DNA of 64,000 nt from an uncultured virus (IMG/VR IMGVR_UViG_3300042989_000017) (Duplodnaviria; Heunggongvirae; Uroviricota; Caudoviricetes): IMG/VR virus record IMGVR_UViG_3300042989_000017. The stretch is one strand, 5' to 3'. Below the pieces are notes generated by a model. It did not search any database. It worked only from the letters and a program-made list of their open reading frames with translations, and was not told the origin of the DNA. This document shows positions 47,600 through 57,979 of the stretch, in pieces; the first letter of the stretch is position 1, and every line of letters begins with the position of its first letter. A program made the position numbers and the translations under genes.

Positions 47600-49297
47600 A
47601 TGTCCTCAAATTTGTTTGCCTTAGACCTTAAAAACGAAATAAATTCTCGTTTCTCAGTCGATTCTGCGTCGATGAGTTATTCTGACTGGATTTGTAAAAA
47701 CACGACTCTAAAGGCGGCACCTTTTAACTTCAAGCGTTTTCCCTTTCAGAAGGCGATTGTTGATGACTTACACCCTAACCTGCACGTTATAAAAATTTCA
47801 CAGGTGGGGGCAAGCGAGGTTCAATTCCGCAAAGCGGCTGCCTTCTGTGCGCGTAATCGTGGCGTAACAGTGCTTATTACTTTCCCCAACGAACCGATGA
47901 TGAAGAAAAACTCGCAAACGCGGATTATGCCTATCATCGAAACCGATAAGGTGTTTAACCTAGGCGGCGGCAAACCTATCCGCTCCGTGGATATTCAGCA
48001 AATCGGTAACTCTTACCTTATGGTAGTACCTGCAACCGAAGGTAGTGCAACTTCAACCCCTGCTGACTTTGTGATGGTTGACGAAGTTGATCTATCAAAT
48101 CAGCAAATGGTTGGCTTGCTCGGTTCGCGTATGCAAGCATCCAACTTCCGTATTATGCAGCAATTCAGTACACCGACCTTCGAGAACTTCGGCATCCATC
48201 AGGGGTACTCGACAACAGACAGCCGTGAATACTTTATTAAGTGTAGTTGTTGTAACCACTGGCAGTTACCTTTGTTTACAAAGGACTTCGTTCATATCGA
48301 CGGCTTGCCTGATGAGATTAAGCTGACAGATATTGATACCTCGATCATCGACCGTTATGAGTTGAAGTTAAACAACGTCGCCGTGACTTGTAGTGAATGT
48401 TTCGCACCCTTAGACTTGATTGGCGGCAAACGTGAGTGGGTTGCCGAGTTCCCTCACCGTGAACACGCTCGCGGCTACCGTGTTCGTCCCTTCACCGTCT
48501 CCACCCTCTCTCCCGCTTATATTATTAGCGAGCTTATCAAGTACCGAGACCGAGACTTCCTCCGTGGTTGGTATAACACGGTACTGGGTGAAACCTTTGA
48601 GGAGTCGGCAAGCCGTTTAACCGAGAGCGAACTTAACCCGTGTTTCCATGTGGGTGAGGTACCAATCGGTGTGGACTATTTCATCGGCATTGACGTGGGT
48701 TCCATCTGCCATATCACCGTTGGCTTGTCGGCGGCGGGTTTGAAGTCAGGGCTTGATGTCGTCGAGTTCTTAACTGTGGCAGGTGAAGACTTACTGGAGC
48801 GAGTTAAAGTTTTAGATGAGAAGTACCACTTCAGGCAAGGTGGCGTGGATTTATTCCCCGAGCAAACCCTAGCTAAAAACTTATTTGACATGTCAAACGG
48901 TCGGATTATCCCTGTTAACTACACGGGAAGTATTGAGATTGCTGATAAGGTTGAGACGCGCAAGACCTTGCAAGTGGATAGAACAACCCACCTTGATACG
49001 TTGGCTAACCTCGTTCGCGGAAGTCTACTTTCGCTTTATAACTTCGGGCAGCAAAAAGAGGTTATTAAAGCTCACCTACGCGACATGGTTCGTGAGAAGA
49101 ATGGTGAGAAAACACCTATTTGGCGTAAGCTAACTGGCCATGACCATTACTTCCACAGCCTTGCCTATCTTTCGACTTCCGTTAAATTTTACCGTGGAGA
49201 GTTTACGGGGTACAAGGATGAGTCTGCGTTGACTGTTTTAGCTTACGGTTCGATTAACTTAGGTGGTCAAAGTAAAGCGAGCCTGTGGGGTTATTAA
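47600..49297 (+). CDS. terL: Terminase large subunit (GpA-like)
   Basis: PFQ, K.SQVG.SE, DEVD, STPT, CxxC zinc motifs, GIDVG, HDHYFH nuclease domain. Confidence 0.9.
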   Translation: MSSNLFALDLKNEINSRFSVDSASMSYSDWICKNTTLKAAPFNFKRFPFQKAIVDDLHPNLHVIKISQVGASEVQFRKAAAFCARNRGVTVLITFPNEPMMKKNSQTRIMPIIETDKVFNLGGGKPIRSVDIQQIGNSYLMVVPATEGSATSTPADFVMVDEVDLSNQQMVGLLGSRMQASNFRIMQQFSTPTFENFGIHQGYSTTDSREYFIKCSCCNHWQLPLFTKDFVHIDGLPDEIKLTDIDTSIIDRYELKLNNVAVTCSECFAPLDLIGGKREWVAEFPHREHARGYRVRPFTVSTLSPAYIISELIKYRDRDFLRGWYNTVLGETFEESASRLTESELNPCFHVGEVPIGVDYFIGIDVGSICHITVGLSAAGLKSGLDVVEFLTVAGEDLLERVKVLDEKYHFRQGGVDLFPEQTLAKNLFDMSNGRIIPVNYTGSIEIADKVETRKTLQVDRTTHLDTLANLVRGSLLSLYNFGQQKEVIKAHLRDMVREKNGEKTPIWRKLTGHDHYFHSLAYLSTSVKFYRGEFTGYKDESALTVLAYGSINLGGQSKASLWGY

Positions 49298-49360
49298 CTG
49301 GGCGTTTGCTCTGCTATACTTCCACCTAACTAACAAATTTTGTACAAGAGGCTTAACCTC

Positions 49361-50833
49361 ATGGCGACTACTAGCTTAACCAGTAAATTGGGTCAGATTC
49401 TCTTACCTAAAAAGACTCCAAACCCACAAGGGGTGGCTAATTCGCCTACCTACCAAAGTAACAACCCTCAGAATGTGTTGACTGTTCCCACATACACGGA
49501 TCACCGAACCGACATCTTCGCCAGTCGTGCTGCTGATGATGCCAACGCGCTGCTCCAAAGCCTACTGGTTCAGGACCCCGACGTGTCTGCGGCCTTGAAC
49601 GCTTATCTTACTGTCGCCGATACCGAACCTGTTATGTACGTCAAGGACATAAACGATAAAATTGACCGAAACGGTCAGAAGGTGTTGAACGCGATTCTTG
49701 ATACACTGACGACTCGTTACGATTACAACACCGTTGGCTTCCAATATAAGCCCACGTTACGAGCGATGGCTGAGGAGTTGCGGTATATGTTGCTCCTGCG
49801 CGGCATGATGGTCGCCGAAGCGATTGTCAGTAAAGAGGGTATCTTCGACGCTATTCGGCTGATTGACCCAATTAGTTTAAAGTGGTTCGAGAAAACAAAC
49901 GGACGACTGACTCCAGAACAGACCCCCACAGGCGGCGGCAACAACATATCACTCGACGTGCCTTCCGTCTTCGTTTCCTATTTTAGGCAAGATCCAACAC
50001 GTGCTTATTCCAACTCACCATTCGTAGCTTCCATCAATACAGTCGCCGCTCGCCAAAGAATTATTAACGACCTATACCGTATAATGACCCTGACAGGATA
50101 CCCACGGCTCGACATCACGGTACTTGAAGAAGTTATCATAAAAAATGCACCGCTTGACACCAAAGGCGACCCTGCAAAATTGACGCAATACATCAACAAC
50201 ACCATCACCTCGATCACCAGTACGGTTTCAGGTTTACGCGCCGATCAAGCCTTCGTTCACACTGATAGTATTAAGGCGGATATGGTTAATACCAAGTCAG
50301 CAGGCATGACTTTGAATATTGAGCCAATTATCAAAACACTCAATGCACAAAACCAAGCAGCCTTACGGGTCATGGCTACTACTTTAGGTAGAGGGGAGAG
50401 CGGAGTTAATACTGCAAGTGTAGAGGCTTTATTGTTTGCGAAGAATGCCGAGGCACTAAATTTACCTATAGCAGAGCTTTGGGAGCAAATTTTCACTTTC
50501 ATTTTAAGACTAACTGGCTCTACGTCCAGAGTCGTTGTGAAGTTCAGGCCAGTTGAGCTTCGCCCCACTACTGAGCTATGGGCACAAAAGGTGTTGCAAC
50601 AATCCTTCTTGCAAAAAGAGTTGAGCTTAGGTTCAATAGATGATGACGACTATCATTTAGAGCTATTTGGTCACATACGCCCTGACTCCGCCCCTATTTT
50701 AAGTGGAACTGGTTTTAACGGGGGCGGGAGTGTAGTTAACGCTGGAGGTATTAGCCCTAACACCGACTCCACTGGTAGGTCGGTATCCTCTGCGGCTGAT
50801 AAGACCGCGAAAAGTAATGCGGTTAAAAAGTAA
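49361..50833 (+). CDS. Portal protein
   Basis: About 490 aa directly after terL; D.DVS.A, G.PR.D. Confidence 0.75.
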   Translation: MATTSLTSKLGQILLPKKTPNPQGVANSPTYQSNNPQNVLTVPTYTDHRTDIFASRAADDANALLQSLLVQDPDVSAALNAYLTVADTEPVMYVKDINDKIDRNGQKVLNAILDTLTTRYDYNTVGFQYKPTLRAMAEELRYMLLLRGMMVAEAIVSKEGIFDAIRLIDPISLKWFEKTNGRLTPEQTPTGGGNNISLDVPSVFVSYFRQDPTRAYSNSPFVASINTVAARQRIINDLYRIMTLTGYPRLDITVLEEVIIKNAPLDTKGDPAKLTQYINNTITSITSTVSGLRADQAFVHTDSIKADMVNTKSAGMTLNIEPIIKTLNAQNQAALRVMATTLGRGESGVNTASVEALLFAKNAEALNLPIAELWEQIFTFILRLTGSTSRVVVKFRPVELRPTTELWAQKVLQQSFLQKELSLGSIDDDDYHLELFGHIRPDSAPILSGTGFNGGGSVVNAGGISPNTDSTGRSVSSAADKTAKSNAVKK

Positions 50834-50945
50834 CTAAGGTAAACTATTAGTAGGTCACGTTCCTTTGCGTTCTGTGCCTTTTGACCAAGGACGAAGTTGT
50901 TTTAGTTGATAGTTACTTAACCACCTACGAGCGTAAGTGGTAAAC

Positions 50946-50971
50946 AAGAAAAAGCCCTCAAAAGAGGGCTT
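50946..50971 (-). terminator. Intrinsic terminator of the tRNA/ncRNA transcript
   Basis: AAGCCCTC/GAGGGCTT with a U-tract on the - strand. Confidence 0.6.
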
Positions 50972-51206
50972 CAGTAATCTTCTGTTCTTCGTGACCGCTC
51001 TTTACCTAAGGCATCGAACATCACATTGTTTCTGTTGGTACCAAACAGAGAAGACCGTAACAAGTAACCTACTGAAGCCTCCTTTCGGAAGCTTTTTGCT
51101 ATCAGGTTGTTTATCTCGTAGATTCTACCGCCATAAGGCGATGTCACCAACTATCTGGCCACTACTCAGACTGTACCTGCAAACGTCTTTTAGTTCTTTA
51201 CAATTT

Positions 51207-51280
51207 TGGCAGCGAGGGACGGAATCAAACCGCCTTCTTCGGTTTTGGAGACCGAGGTAATATCAATATACGACCAAGCT
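51207..51280 (-). tRNA. trnW: tRNA-Trp(CCA), atypical
   Basis: TCGGT-CTCCAAA-ACCGA anticodon arm, GGCGG-TTTGATT-CCGTC T arm, 3' GCCA; two acceptor mismatches. Confidence 0.75.
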
Positions 51281-51283
51281 AAA

Positions 51284-51473
51284 AACTTAAAAATCCTAGG
51301 TTAAAACTGCTACTTCCCACCAGGTTTTTATTCGTCAACTACTCGCTCAGGTTTCAATTCTTTCCCGCAAAAGATATGCGATTACCTTTATGCTTCTAAA
51401 CCCTCCTGTTCGCATTACTCAAGAGTTCATAGGCCAACCTACTATTCGGAGTTTCAACTTAGGTTTTTAAGTT
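51284..51473 (-). ncRNA. Stem-closed ncRNA candidate A
   Basis: Ends AACTTAAAAATCCTAGGTTAAAACT / AGTTTCAACTTAGGTTTTTAAGTT pair imperfectly. Confidence 0.4.
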
Positions 51474-51494
51474 CTCTCATTGTTAAGCTACACG

Positions 51495-51596
51495 ATAACT
51501 GACTAAACTCTGCTCACCAAGCCATCATTGTAGTAGCTGAGAAGTAGCAGGATTTATGGGGAACCCTTCCCAGCTCACAGAGTTTAGTCAGTTATC
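51495..51596 (-). ncRNA. Stem-closed ncRNA candidate B
   Basis: Perfect 19-bp GATAACTGACTAAACTCTG/CAGAGTTTAGTCAGTTATC. Confidence 0.5.
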
Positions 51597-51604
51597 AAGT
51601 AAAG

Positions 51605-51679
51605 TGGACTAGGTAAGGGACTCGAACCCCTATTTCCCACTTTTGAAAGCAAGCGTCTTAACCGTTAGACGACCCGCGC
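51605..51679 (-). tRNA. Degenerate tRNA-Glu(TTC)-like gene
   Basis: Intact D arm GTCT..AGAC, T arm AGGGG-TTCGAGT-CCCTT and CCA; poorly paired acceptor and anticodon stems. Confidence 0.5.
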
Positions 51680-51959
51680 CAGAATAAACTATCCACTTCT
51701 TTTCGGCAACGGTAAGTGGTCAACCATCAATCAGAGATATGATGCACCCCTGCCTTCTTCCTTTTGACTCGAACTACACCCACTGGAGTAACCGTCTCAA
51801 TAGCCAAGTATTGTAGGGAGGAAGCCGCCATGAGTTGAAAGATTACTTCGACTGACCTTCTTTGTCTGTATCTTCTTTGTAACTTTTATAATCTGTTTGC
51901 AAACCTAGCCTCGTTATAGTAACCTTAATACACCTACAAAATTTATACAAAAGTACGCC

Positions 51960-53123
51960 ATGAAACGTATTGAAATCACAGAACGTATCAAAGCTCTCAT
52001 CAAAGCATCAGTTGGAGATGAGATTGATTACAGCCAAGTTGCTGCTTTCGAGGCAACCGCAGTTACTTCCTTACCGCTCAATAGACGCGGCTCTATCTTT
52101 GATAAGGGTCGGATCACTGCCGAGACATTTATCGAAGCAGCCACTCTTTTAAATACTGGCGGTTTCGTACCCCTTCACACGTTGCACGAGCAAGATTATG
52201 AAATCCCAGTAGGTCGTCTGTTCTACGGTGAACATTTAAAGACACCTCAAGGTACTGACGAACTCCGTACTTTATTCTTTGTTGATAGTACAAGCCCTAA
52301 CTTAATTAGCCGCCTTGATACAGGAACCATTGAGGAGGTCAGCGTAGGTATGCAATTTAAGCGTTTACTTTGCTCTACCTGCGGTGTTGACCTGATGGAA
52401 GATACCGAATCTATGTGGTCGCAGACCTGCAAGAACGGTCATGTTATGGGTATGGGTACAAACCACGTTCGCCCTGACGGTGTCGCCAATTTCCGTGAAA
52501 TGAGCTTAGTTTCCAAAGGTGCCAGTAATGGCGCGAAGGTTCTAGGCGCACAGAAGCGTTTACTTGCTTCCGCTTACTATAAAGAAGGCTCTCAATTAGC
52601 TGCTTCTTTGAAAGACCCTGAACTTATGCTTTTTGGCTCTCCCACTAAGCTTGCTGAGGAAGACCCTATGTTAATTGCTGAATTAGAAGCTAAGTTAGCA
52701 AAAGCTGAAGGTGATTTAACCTTAACAGCGACCGCTAAGATTGAAGCTGAAGGTAAAGTAGCTATGCTCGAAGCGGCTAAAGTTACTCTGGAAGCGGCTA
52801 AAACTGAAACCGAAGGTAAAATCGTTGCTCTTGAAGCCAAGTTAGCAGTCGAAGCTGAGAATAATGTCGGCCTTGCTACCAGCGTCACAACTTGGGAAGC
52901 AGCTTGTACAGCTTCCGAAGCTGCCAAAGTAGAAGCCGAAACTAAGTTAGCTGCGGCTGAAACCGAAGTCGCCGCCCTTAAAGCGACCTCAAACATGACG
53001 CTGACTCAGCGACCATTTAAGCTCCCTCTTGGTGGCGTTGAAGGCTTGCGAGCCACGACTACCGATAGCGAAAACCCAAACCTTGTTACGATTGGCTCTA
53101 CCGCCTTTCGGACACCCAAGTAA
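51960..53123 (+). CDS. Prohead protease with C-terminal scaffold
   Basis: H...PVGR, EVSVG, EMSLV..GA; Ala/Glu coiled-coil C-terminus. Confidence 0.75.
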   Translation: MKRIEITERIKALIKASVGDEIDYSQVAAFEATAVTSLPLNRRGSIFDKGRITAETFIEAATLLNTGGFVPLHTLHEQDYEIPVGRLFYGEHLKTPQGTDELRTLFFVDSTSPNLISRLDTGTIEEVSVGMQFKRLLCSTCGVDLMEDTESMWSQTCKNGHVMGMGTNHVRPDGVANFREMSLVSKGASNGAKVLGAQKRLLASAYYKEGSQLAASLKDPELMLFGSPTKLAEEDPMLIAELEAKLAKAEGDLTLTATAKIEAEGKVAMLEAAKVTLEAAKTETEGKIVALEAKLAVEAENNVGLATSVTTWEAACTASEAAKVEAETKLAAAETEVAALKATSNMTLTQRPFKLPLGGVEGLRATTTDSENPNLVTIGSTAFRTPK

Positions 53124-53158
53124 CTTTGTAGACTAAACCCCCACTAGGAGACAACGCG

Positions 53159-53548
53159 ATGACAGAAATCGCATCAGGTGGCGTGACCCTCGTGGGCATT
53201 CCCCAACAAGACTTCCGCTTCACTTGCCGCTTAACCGCAGGTATGGTTGCTGCGGATATTGGCAAACCAGTTGCTTTATCGACTGCTGCCAACAACACAG
53301 TTAAATTAGCAGGCGATGGCGACATCGTGATCGGTCGCTTATTGACTTATCGCAATTTGACAACCGAAGGCATTATCGTTGGTAGTGTTGAGTTCAAAGG
53401 CGGTTTCCGCTTTGACACAACTGATACTGTCGTTATCGGTGACGGTGTTGTCGGTTCTGCAACGGCTGGTAAAGTCAAAGCAGGTACAAACCCTCGTTCA
53501 TTAGTAGTTGCCGTTAACGGTACAACTGCTGATGTAATCTTCATCTAA
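53159..53548 (+). CDS. Head decoration/cement protein
   Basis: D.GK.V......TVKLA.DG..V.GRL; precedes the MCP. Confidence 0.65.
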   Translation: MTEIASGGVTLVGIPQQDFRFTCRLTAGMVAADIGKPVALSTAANNTVKLAGDGDIVIGRLLTYRNLTTEGIIVGSVEFKGGFRFDTTDTVVIGDGVVGSATAGKVKAGTNPRSLVVAVNGTTADVIFI

Positions 53549-53559
53549 GGAGTAGGTAT

Positions 53560-54738
53560 ATGCGTCCTTTATCAGATATTAAGAAAACTACTCCTGAAGC
53601 CGTTGCTGCTTTGTTGATGACGATTAGCAAGTCTGACTCCAAAGAAAACGGCATGGCGTTAGTGAAAGAAGCTGCCTCTTTCGGCTTGAACCTACGTGAT
53701 TACCTAACACTTTCTGTTGACACCAAAGGTGGCGAAGACAAGTGGAAAGGTTATAACGGTTATGAGGCGATTAAAGTTGCTTTGAACTTGCCTCACGCAA
53801 ATGACTTTGAAGCTGGTATCACTTTGCAAGCTGCGGCTAACACTTTTAACACATACGCGGGTACTCGCGCTATGTTCCCTGAAGTGATTGACGATATGTT
53901 GAAGTTTAAAACGCTTCAAGATAACAAAGTTGAAAACATTGCTTCGATTGTTGGCCAGTCTCGTACTGTGTCTCAGCGTGAAATGATTTCGACTTACTAT
54001 GAAGATGACTTGGCTGACGGCAGCGTGGACACATTCACGATTGCTGAGCTCGGTAAAATCCCTGTTCGTAGCGTCCGCACAAGCCAAAGCTCTGTTAACT
54101 TCGGCAAACGCGGTAGTGGTATTGAGTTGTCTTACGAGTTCACTCGTGAAGCGTCTCTCGACATCATTGCTCCGTTTGCTGCTCGTATTGCTCGTGCCTT
54201 GGAGAAATCCAAAGTGGCTGCTGCAACTTCGATCTTGATTAACGGTGATGGTGTTAACGCGGCTGCTGAAGTTCAAGCCTTCTCTAGCTTCGGCGCAACT
54301 GGCGGTGTTATCAGCGCGGCAAACTACAAAGCCTTAGCGAAGTTCTTAATGAGCAACGCTAACAACGGTTATGTCTTCGACACATTCGTTGTGAACTTTG
54401 ATATGTATGTTGAATTGATGTTCATGTCCCAGCCTGTTGTTGGTGCTGGCTTGAGTACAGTTGACTTCATGCAGAACAAAGGCACACCTGCAATCAGCAC
54501 AACCTTACCATTTATGAATGGCATGGTTAACGTGGTTTTATCTTCTAGCGTACCTGCTGGCAAGATTATCGCCATGACTAAGGCTGAATGTATCGAAGAA
54601 CTCGTTATGGCTGGTGGTAACATCTCCGAAAGCGAGCGTTCGATCACTAACCAATCTATCACTTATGTGAAAACAGAAGAGACAGGTTACAAGTTAGCGG
54701 TGCCTAAAGCGCGTGTTGTTTTAAACGTAGCAGCTTAA
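53560..54738 (+). CDS. Major capsid protein
   Basis: 392 aa; IAE...IP, K.G.GIE.SYE, ILINGDG; followed by a terminator. Confidence 0.85.
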   Translation: MRPLSDIKKTTPEAVAALLMTISKSDSKENGMALVKEAASFGLNLRDYLTLSVDTKGGEDKWKGYNGYEAIKVALNLPHANDFEAGITLQAAANTFNTYAGTRAMFPEVIDDMLKFKTLQDNKVENIASIVGQSRTVSQREMISTYYEDDLADGSVDTFTIAELGKIPVRSVRTSQSSVNFGKRGSGIELSYEFTREASLDIIAPFAARIARALEKSKVAAATSILINGDGVNAAAEVQAFSSFGATGGVISAANYKALAKFLMSNANNGYVFDTFVVNFDMYVELMFMSQPVVGAGLSTVDFMQNKGTPAISTTLPFMNGMVNVVLSSSVPAGKIIAMTKAECIEELVMAGGNISESERSITNQSITYVKTEETGYKLAVPKARVVLNVAA

Positions 54739-54776
54739 CGGTTGTGGTCTGGGAGGTTGTAAAAAGCCTCCTGAAG

Positions 54777-54803
54777 AAAGCCCTGCGAAAGCGGGGCTTT
54801 TTT
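54777..54803 (+). terminator. Intrinsic terminator after the MCP
   Basis: AAAGCCCTGC-GAAA-GCGGGGCTTTTTT. Confidence 0.85.
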
Positions 54804-54833
54804 ATGTTAAAATATCCGAAACGAGGTGAAACT

Positions 54834-55157
54834 ATGTTAGTTATTGTAAAGACCACAGGTTCCTTTATGCTCTCCCCTTACGACGGTGGAGCTACCCCTT
54901 TGATTGAAGCGGGACTTCCAACATTATGCAAACTTACCCCCTTCATACAGTATCGGGTCAAGTTAGGTCAGTTAAAGATTTTGGCAGAGAATGTTCCCGA
55001 AACAGCAACTCAGTCAGGGATACTTGCTGGGATACAGGCTGCTGATGGAGATGTTGAGGCGTATATCAAAAGTTTGACTTCCGCTCTCCAGTTAGCCAAA
55101 GAAGTTCCACCAATAAAAAACCCATCTCCAACTGCAAAAACTAAAAAGAGTATTTAA
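54834..55157 (+). CDS. Hypothetical head-associated protein
   Basis: GAGGTG RBS. Confidence 0.6.
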   Translation: MLVIVKTTGSFMLSPYDGGATPLIEAGLPTLCKLTPFIQYRVKLGQLKILAENVPETATQSGILAGIQAADGDVEAYIKSLTSALQLAKEVPPIKNPSPTAKTKKSI

Positions 55158-55159
55158 TC

Positions 55160-55879
55160 ATGGCAAATTGGTTTGAGAGTGGCGAAGCGGCAAGTTTAAG
55201 CTTTAACTTGATGCAGCAAGGGGATTTCGTCATTCCTGACCCTGCTACGAATGTTGTACTTACAATCCGAAACAAGCTTGGGGCGACCCTTCATACCGAG
55301 TCTCAGACTTCAGCAGGTAGCCTGTACAGTTTTGCTGTCCCTGCTTTGACAAATACCCTAACAGGTTCAAATACGATTGAAGCTCGTTTCGTGAAAGTGA
55401 GATACGTTTTAAACGGTGGAGCGGAAACCCTTAACGAAAACTACCAGCTTTCAGCTTTTATCCCTTTTACAGTAACAAGTGAAAGTGTTAGAACCTACTT
55501 AGGGATTACGATTGACGAGTTAGAGGATAATGAAATTGACTTACTTCAGGCTTACCATACTCTTGTTGGTACTTACGGTTCAAATTTCACCACTCCGTTT
55601 GCCACTGAGGGTGTTCTTAGTTTCGCCGCCAATAAAGCTGTGGCGATCCAAGCAGCAATTAACCTTGCGGTCGGATTACCTCAACGCATCGCGCAGAAAA
55701 CGGATGCTGAGAAAGCAAGTTTTCAACGGGCAACAAAATTTGACCCTTACAAGTTAATTGCCAAGCTTGAAGAAGAGCTGAGTGAGACCTTAGCGGGAAT
55801 TTTACCCTCAACAGATACAACTGTTGGCGCAGCTAACTTTTCCGTCTCTGCGGGTACTGACCCATTCACGGGGGCTTAA
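55160..55879 (+). CDS. Putative head-tail adaptor
   Basis: Position; VR.YLG....EL.D..I. Confidence 0.55.
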   Translation: MANWFESGEAASLSFNLMQQGDFVIPDPATNVVLTIRNKLGATLHTESQTSAGSLYSFAVPALTNTLTGSNTIEARFVKVRYVLNGGAETLNENYQLSAFIPFTVTSESVRTYLGITIDELEDNEIDLLQAYHTLVGTYGSNFTTPFATEGVLSFAANKAVAIQAAINLAVGLPQRIAQKTDAEKASFQRATKFDPYKLIAKLEEELSETLAGILPSTDTTVGAANFSVSAGTDPFTGA

Positions 55880-55921
55880 CCTTGCCTAAACTCCCCGCAC
55901 TCCACAAACAGGAGCTTAACC

Positions 55922-56437
55922 TTGCGTAAACTCCACCATAGACGGTTTAAGTTTGCCCTTAAAAACTTGACGCGAGGTGTAAGCTTGATGGGGGAGTTTG
56001 TTGACCCGTCAGGTGAACTTTTAGCAACTGAGGAAGCCAACCAGTTGCTTAGGGTGACAAAGAAGGCAGTTTTAAACTCGGGCGATCATCTTTACTTTCA
56101 AGGCAACCACTATGGTGTTTCCTCTTATAGTAAAGAGGTCTTAGACACCATCTATCGCTTAATACCTTTTCCTGACATAGTAAGCTGGCAAGTGCAGCAA
56201 GTCTCAGTCGAAGACCCCTTAACGGGGCTGCTAAAGCCTGTAGATACTATCTCTCCGCCTGTTCAAGCCTTGCACTGTAAAAAGAAGACGGAAGGTTTTG
56301 AAGGTGATATTCACTCCAGCATGAAACCTAAAACCTGCTACCTGATGACAGAAGTGGTTAGTGTGGGCGACCTACTGGATGGTGTTCCTGTGAAACGGAT
56401 TTACAAAGAGCAGGACATTTACAAGGTTGAAACGTAA
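55922..56437 (+). CDS. Putative head closure protein
   Basis: Position; AGGAG RBS with TTG start. Confidence 0.45.
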   Translation: MRKLHHRRFKFALKNLTRGVSLMGEFVDPSGELLATEEANQLLRVTKKAVLNSGDHLYFQGNHYGVSSYSKEVLDTIYRLIPFPDIVSWQVQQVSVEDPLTGLLKPVDTISPPVQALHCKKKTEGFEGDIHSSMKPKTCYLMTEVVSVGDLLDGVPVKRIYKEQDIYKVET

Positions 56438-57288
56438 TGGCGGCGCGCGATAACTTTGCAGGTATCTTTAGTCAGGTGGCTACCAGAGCCTCCGAGCAAG
56501 GTCACGCAAACTTTATCGGTAAGATTGTCGCTGCCCCTCATAAGAAAGCTCTAGCTAAGAAGTTAAACACAAAACTGGATAAGTTCAAAGGTGATGTGGC
56601 CACCTTGATTATTGGGGTATCAAGTGGGTTGAACCTATCAAAGGAGCCTCGAAGTCAAGAAGACCCTAGTAAGTTCACAGGGGGTGAGACGCATGAGTAC
56701 AAAACCCTATCCACTTCTTGGTTGAAGAAGAAAGCTAAGTATGGTGTGCCTACCCCTAGCTTCTTTAAGTTCAGCAAAGTTGTAAAAAGAACAGGGGCAA
56801 GAGGGGGCAAAACAGAAGAGAACACCCCTCAAAAGTTTCTTGGCGACTATTTAAACGAAAAACTGAGCCACGCTTCTGCTAAGTTCGGGGCTGTGAAACC
56901 TGCTGACATCAAGATATTCAATGAGCAGGGCGAGGAGATGAAACTCAAAGGCGGGGGCACAAAAGAGAGTCGAGCGATTAAGGCCGCAGGTGGAACACAA
57001 GGTAGCCGTATCTACAACTTCAGCCCAAAAGGTAGAAAGTATTCTGTAAGAGTTCGCCTGATGCCAAATGTTCGCTACTTGGGGCAGAACCCTATTAGAC
57101 TTCAATACTTTGTAGCTAGGATCCTTGACCCCACAAACAACAACGCTTCGGGGTTTGCGCGTTCCAAGCTAGGGCGACAAGCCGTAGGCCGTCCAAACGT
57201 AGGCCATTTACTGTTATGGTACTATCAGGTCAAGTTACCTGCCGTAATCAAAAGCCACTATAGCCATACTAAAGTGAAGGAAATCTAA
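56437..57288 (+). CDS. Basic neck/tail-completion protein
   Basis: Position; Y..LS..W...K. Confidence 0.45.
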   Translation: MAARDNFAGIFSQVATRASEQGHANFIGKIVAAPHKKALAKKLNTKLDKFKGDVATLIIGVSSGLNLSKEPRSQEDPSKFTGGETHEYKTLSTSWLKKKAKYGVPTPSFFKFSKVVKRTGARGGKTEENTPQKFLGDYLNEKLSHASAKFGAVKPADIKIFNEQGEEMKLKGGGTKESRAIKAAGGTQGSRIYNFSPKGRKYSVRVRLMPNVRYLGQNPIRLQYFVARILDPTNNNASGFARSKLGRQAVGRPNVGHLLLWYYQVKLPAVIKSHYSHTKVKEI

Positions 57289-57290
57289 TT

Positions 57291-57749
57291 ATGTTAATCG
57301 GCAACGGTTTACTTAACATCATCGAGTCTAGTTTACTGGCACGTTCTAAGGCTCTCGCAGAAGCGATTAACGGCACTCTTGGCTACAATACAAAGTCTGT
57401 GTTGTTTGATGACTACACCCTAGAGGAAAAGCTCCCTCAGCAAGATATTATCGGTTGCTGGCAGTTAGAGTTAGAGGTTGATGAGCATATTGTCTCAGGC
57501 ACATTTCTACTAACCCTTAGCACCTTTAATGACGCAGGTTTGTTCCGCCTAAGAAATGCAGCGAGCTTGGTTTTCGATGAGATGAAACCGATGCAGGAGT
57601 TTAGTCTCTATCAACCTGACGGTACTCAGGTTGAAGGAACTATTATTGTGATGAATGGTGTGAAGATGCTGCCTGTCGAGAAAGGGGATGAACGCCCTGC
57701 CAAGACGTTCGCTATCCCCTTCAAATGTACTCGGACTATTGGGCTTTAA
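57291..57749 (+). CDS. Putative tail terminator
   Basis: 152 aa, acidic, before the tail tube gene. Confidence 0.5.
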   Translation: MLIGNGLLNIIESSLLARSKALAEAINGTLGYNTKSVLFDDYTLEEKLPQQDIIGCWQLELEVDEHIVSGTFLLTLSTFNDAGLFRLRNAASLVFDEMKPMQEFSLYQPDGTQVEGTIIVMNGVKMLPVEKGDERPAKTFAIPFKCTRTIGL

Positions 57750-57979
57750 TTAAAGAAACCTTCAGGGTCGTACACCTTGCCGTTAGGTATTTTCTCATGC
57801 CAATGTACCTCAAGCTGCTCAAGATTAGCTCCCCCTTTTAACCCTAACTCAAGATAGTGCCGAATCACATTTGTCTTAGTTCGGCCTTCTAAGGCTGCAA
57901 CTTTAACAACCATATCTTCTAGCTCTTGCGTGATACGGACGCTGTACATAATATCTACTTTGGCTTTAACTCTGGACAT
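57746..57979 (-). CDS. Ribbon-helix-helix (Arc/CopG-like) DNA-binding protein
   Basis: YSVRIT.EL......A..EGRTK..VIR..LE.GL. Confidence 0.7.
   Translation of the reverse strand: MSRVKAKVDIMYSVRITQELEDMVVKVAALEGRTKTNVIRHYLELGLKGGANLEQLEVHWHEKIPNGKVYDPEGFFN

Noticed and set aside
50937..51260. 107-aa ORF on +
   Set aside because: Overlaps a terminator and is antisense to tRNA-Trp
51605..51679. Opal-suppressor (TCA anticodon) reading and stop-codon recoding
   Set aside because: The anticodon stem pairs poorly in that register, and genes end normally at TGA, TAG and TAA without in-frame stops
53704..54662. Long antisense ORFs over the capsid gene (and similar ones over primase, SbcC and TMP)
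   Set aside because: Explained by codon bias of the real gene on the other strand
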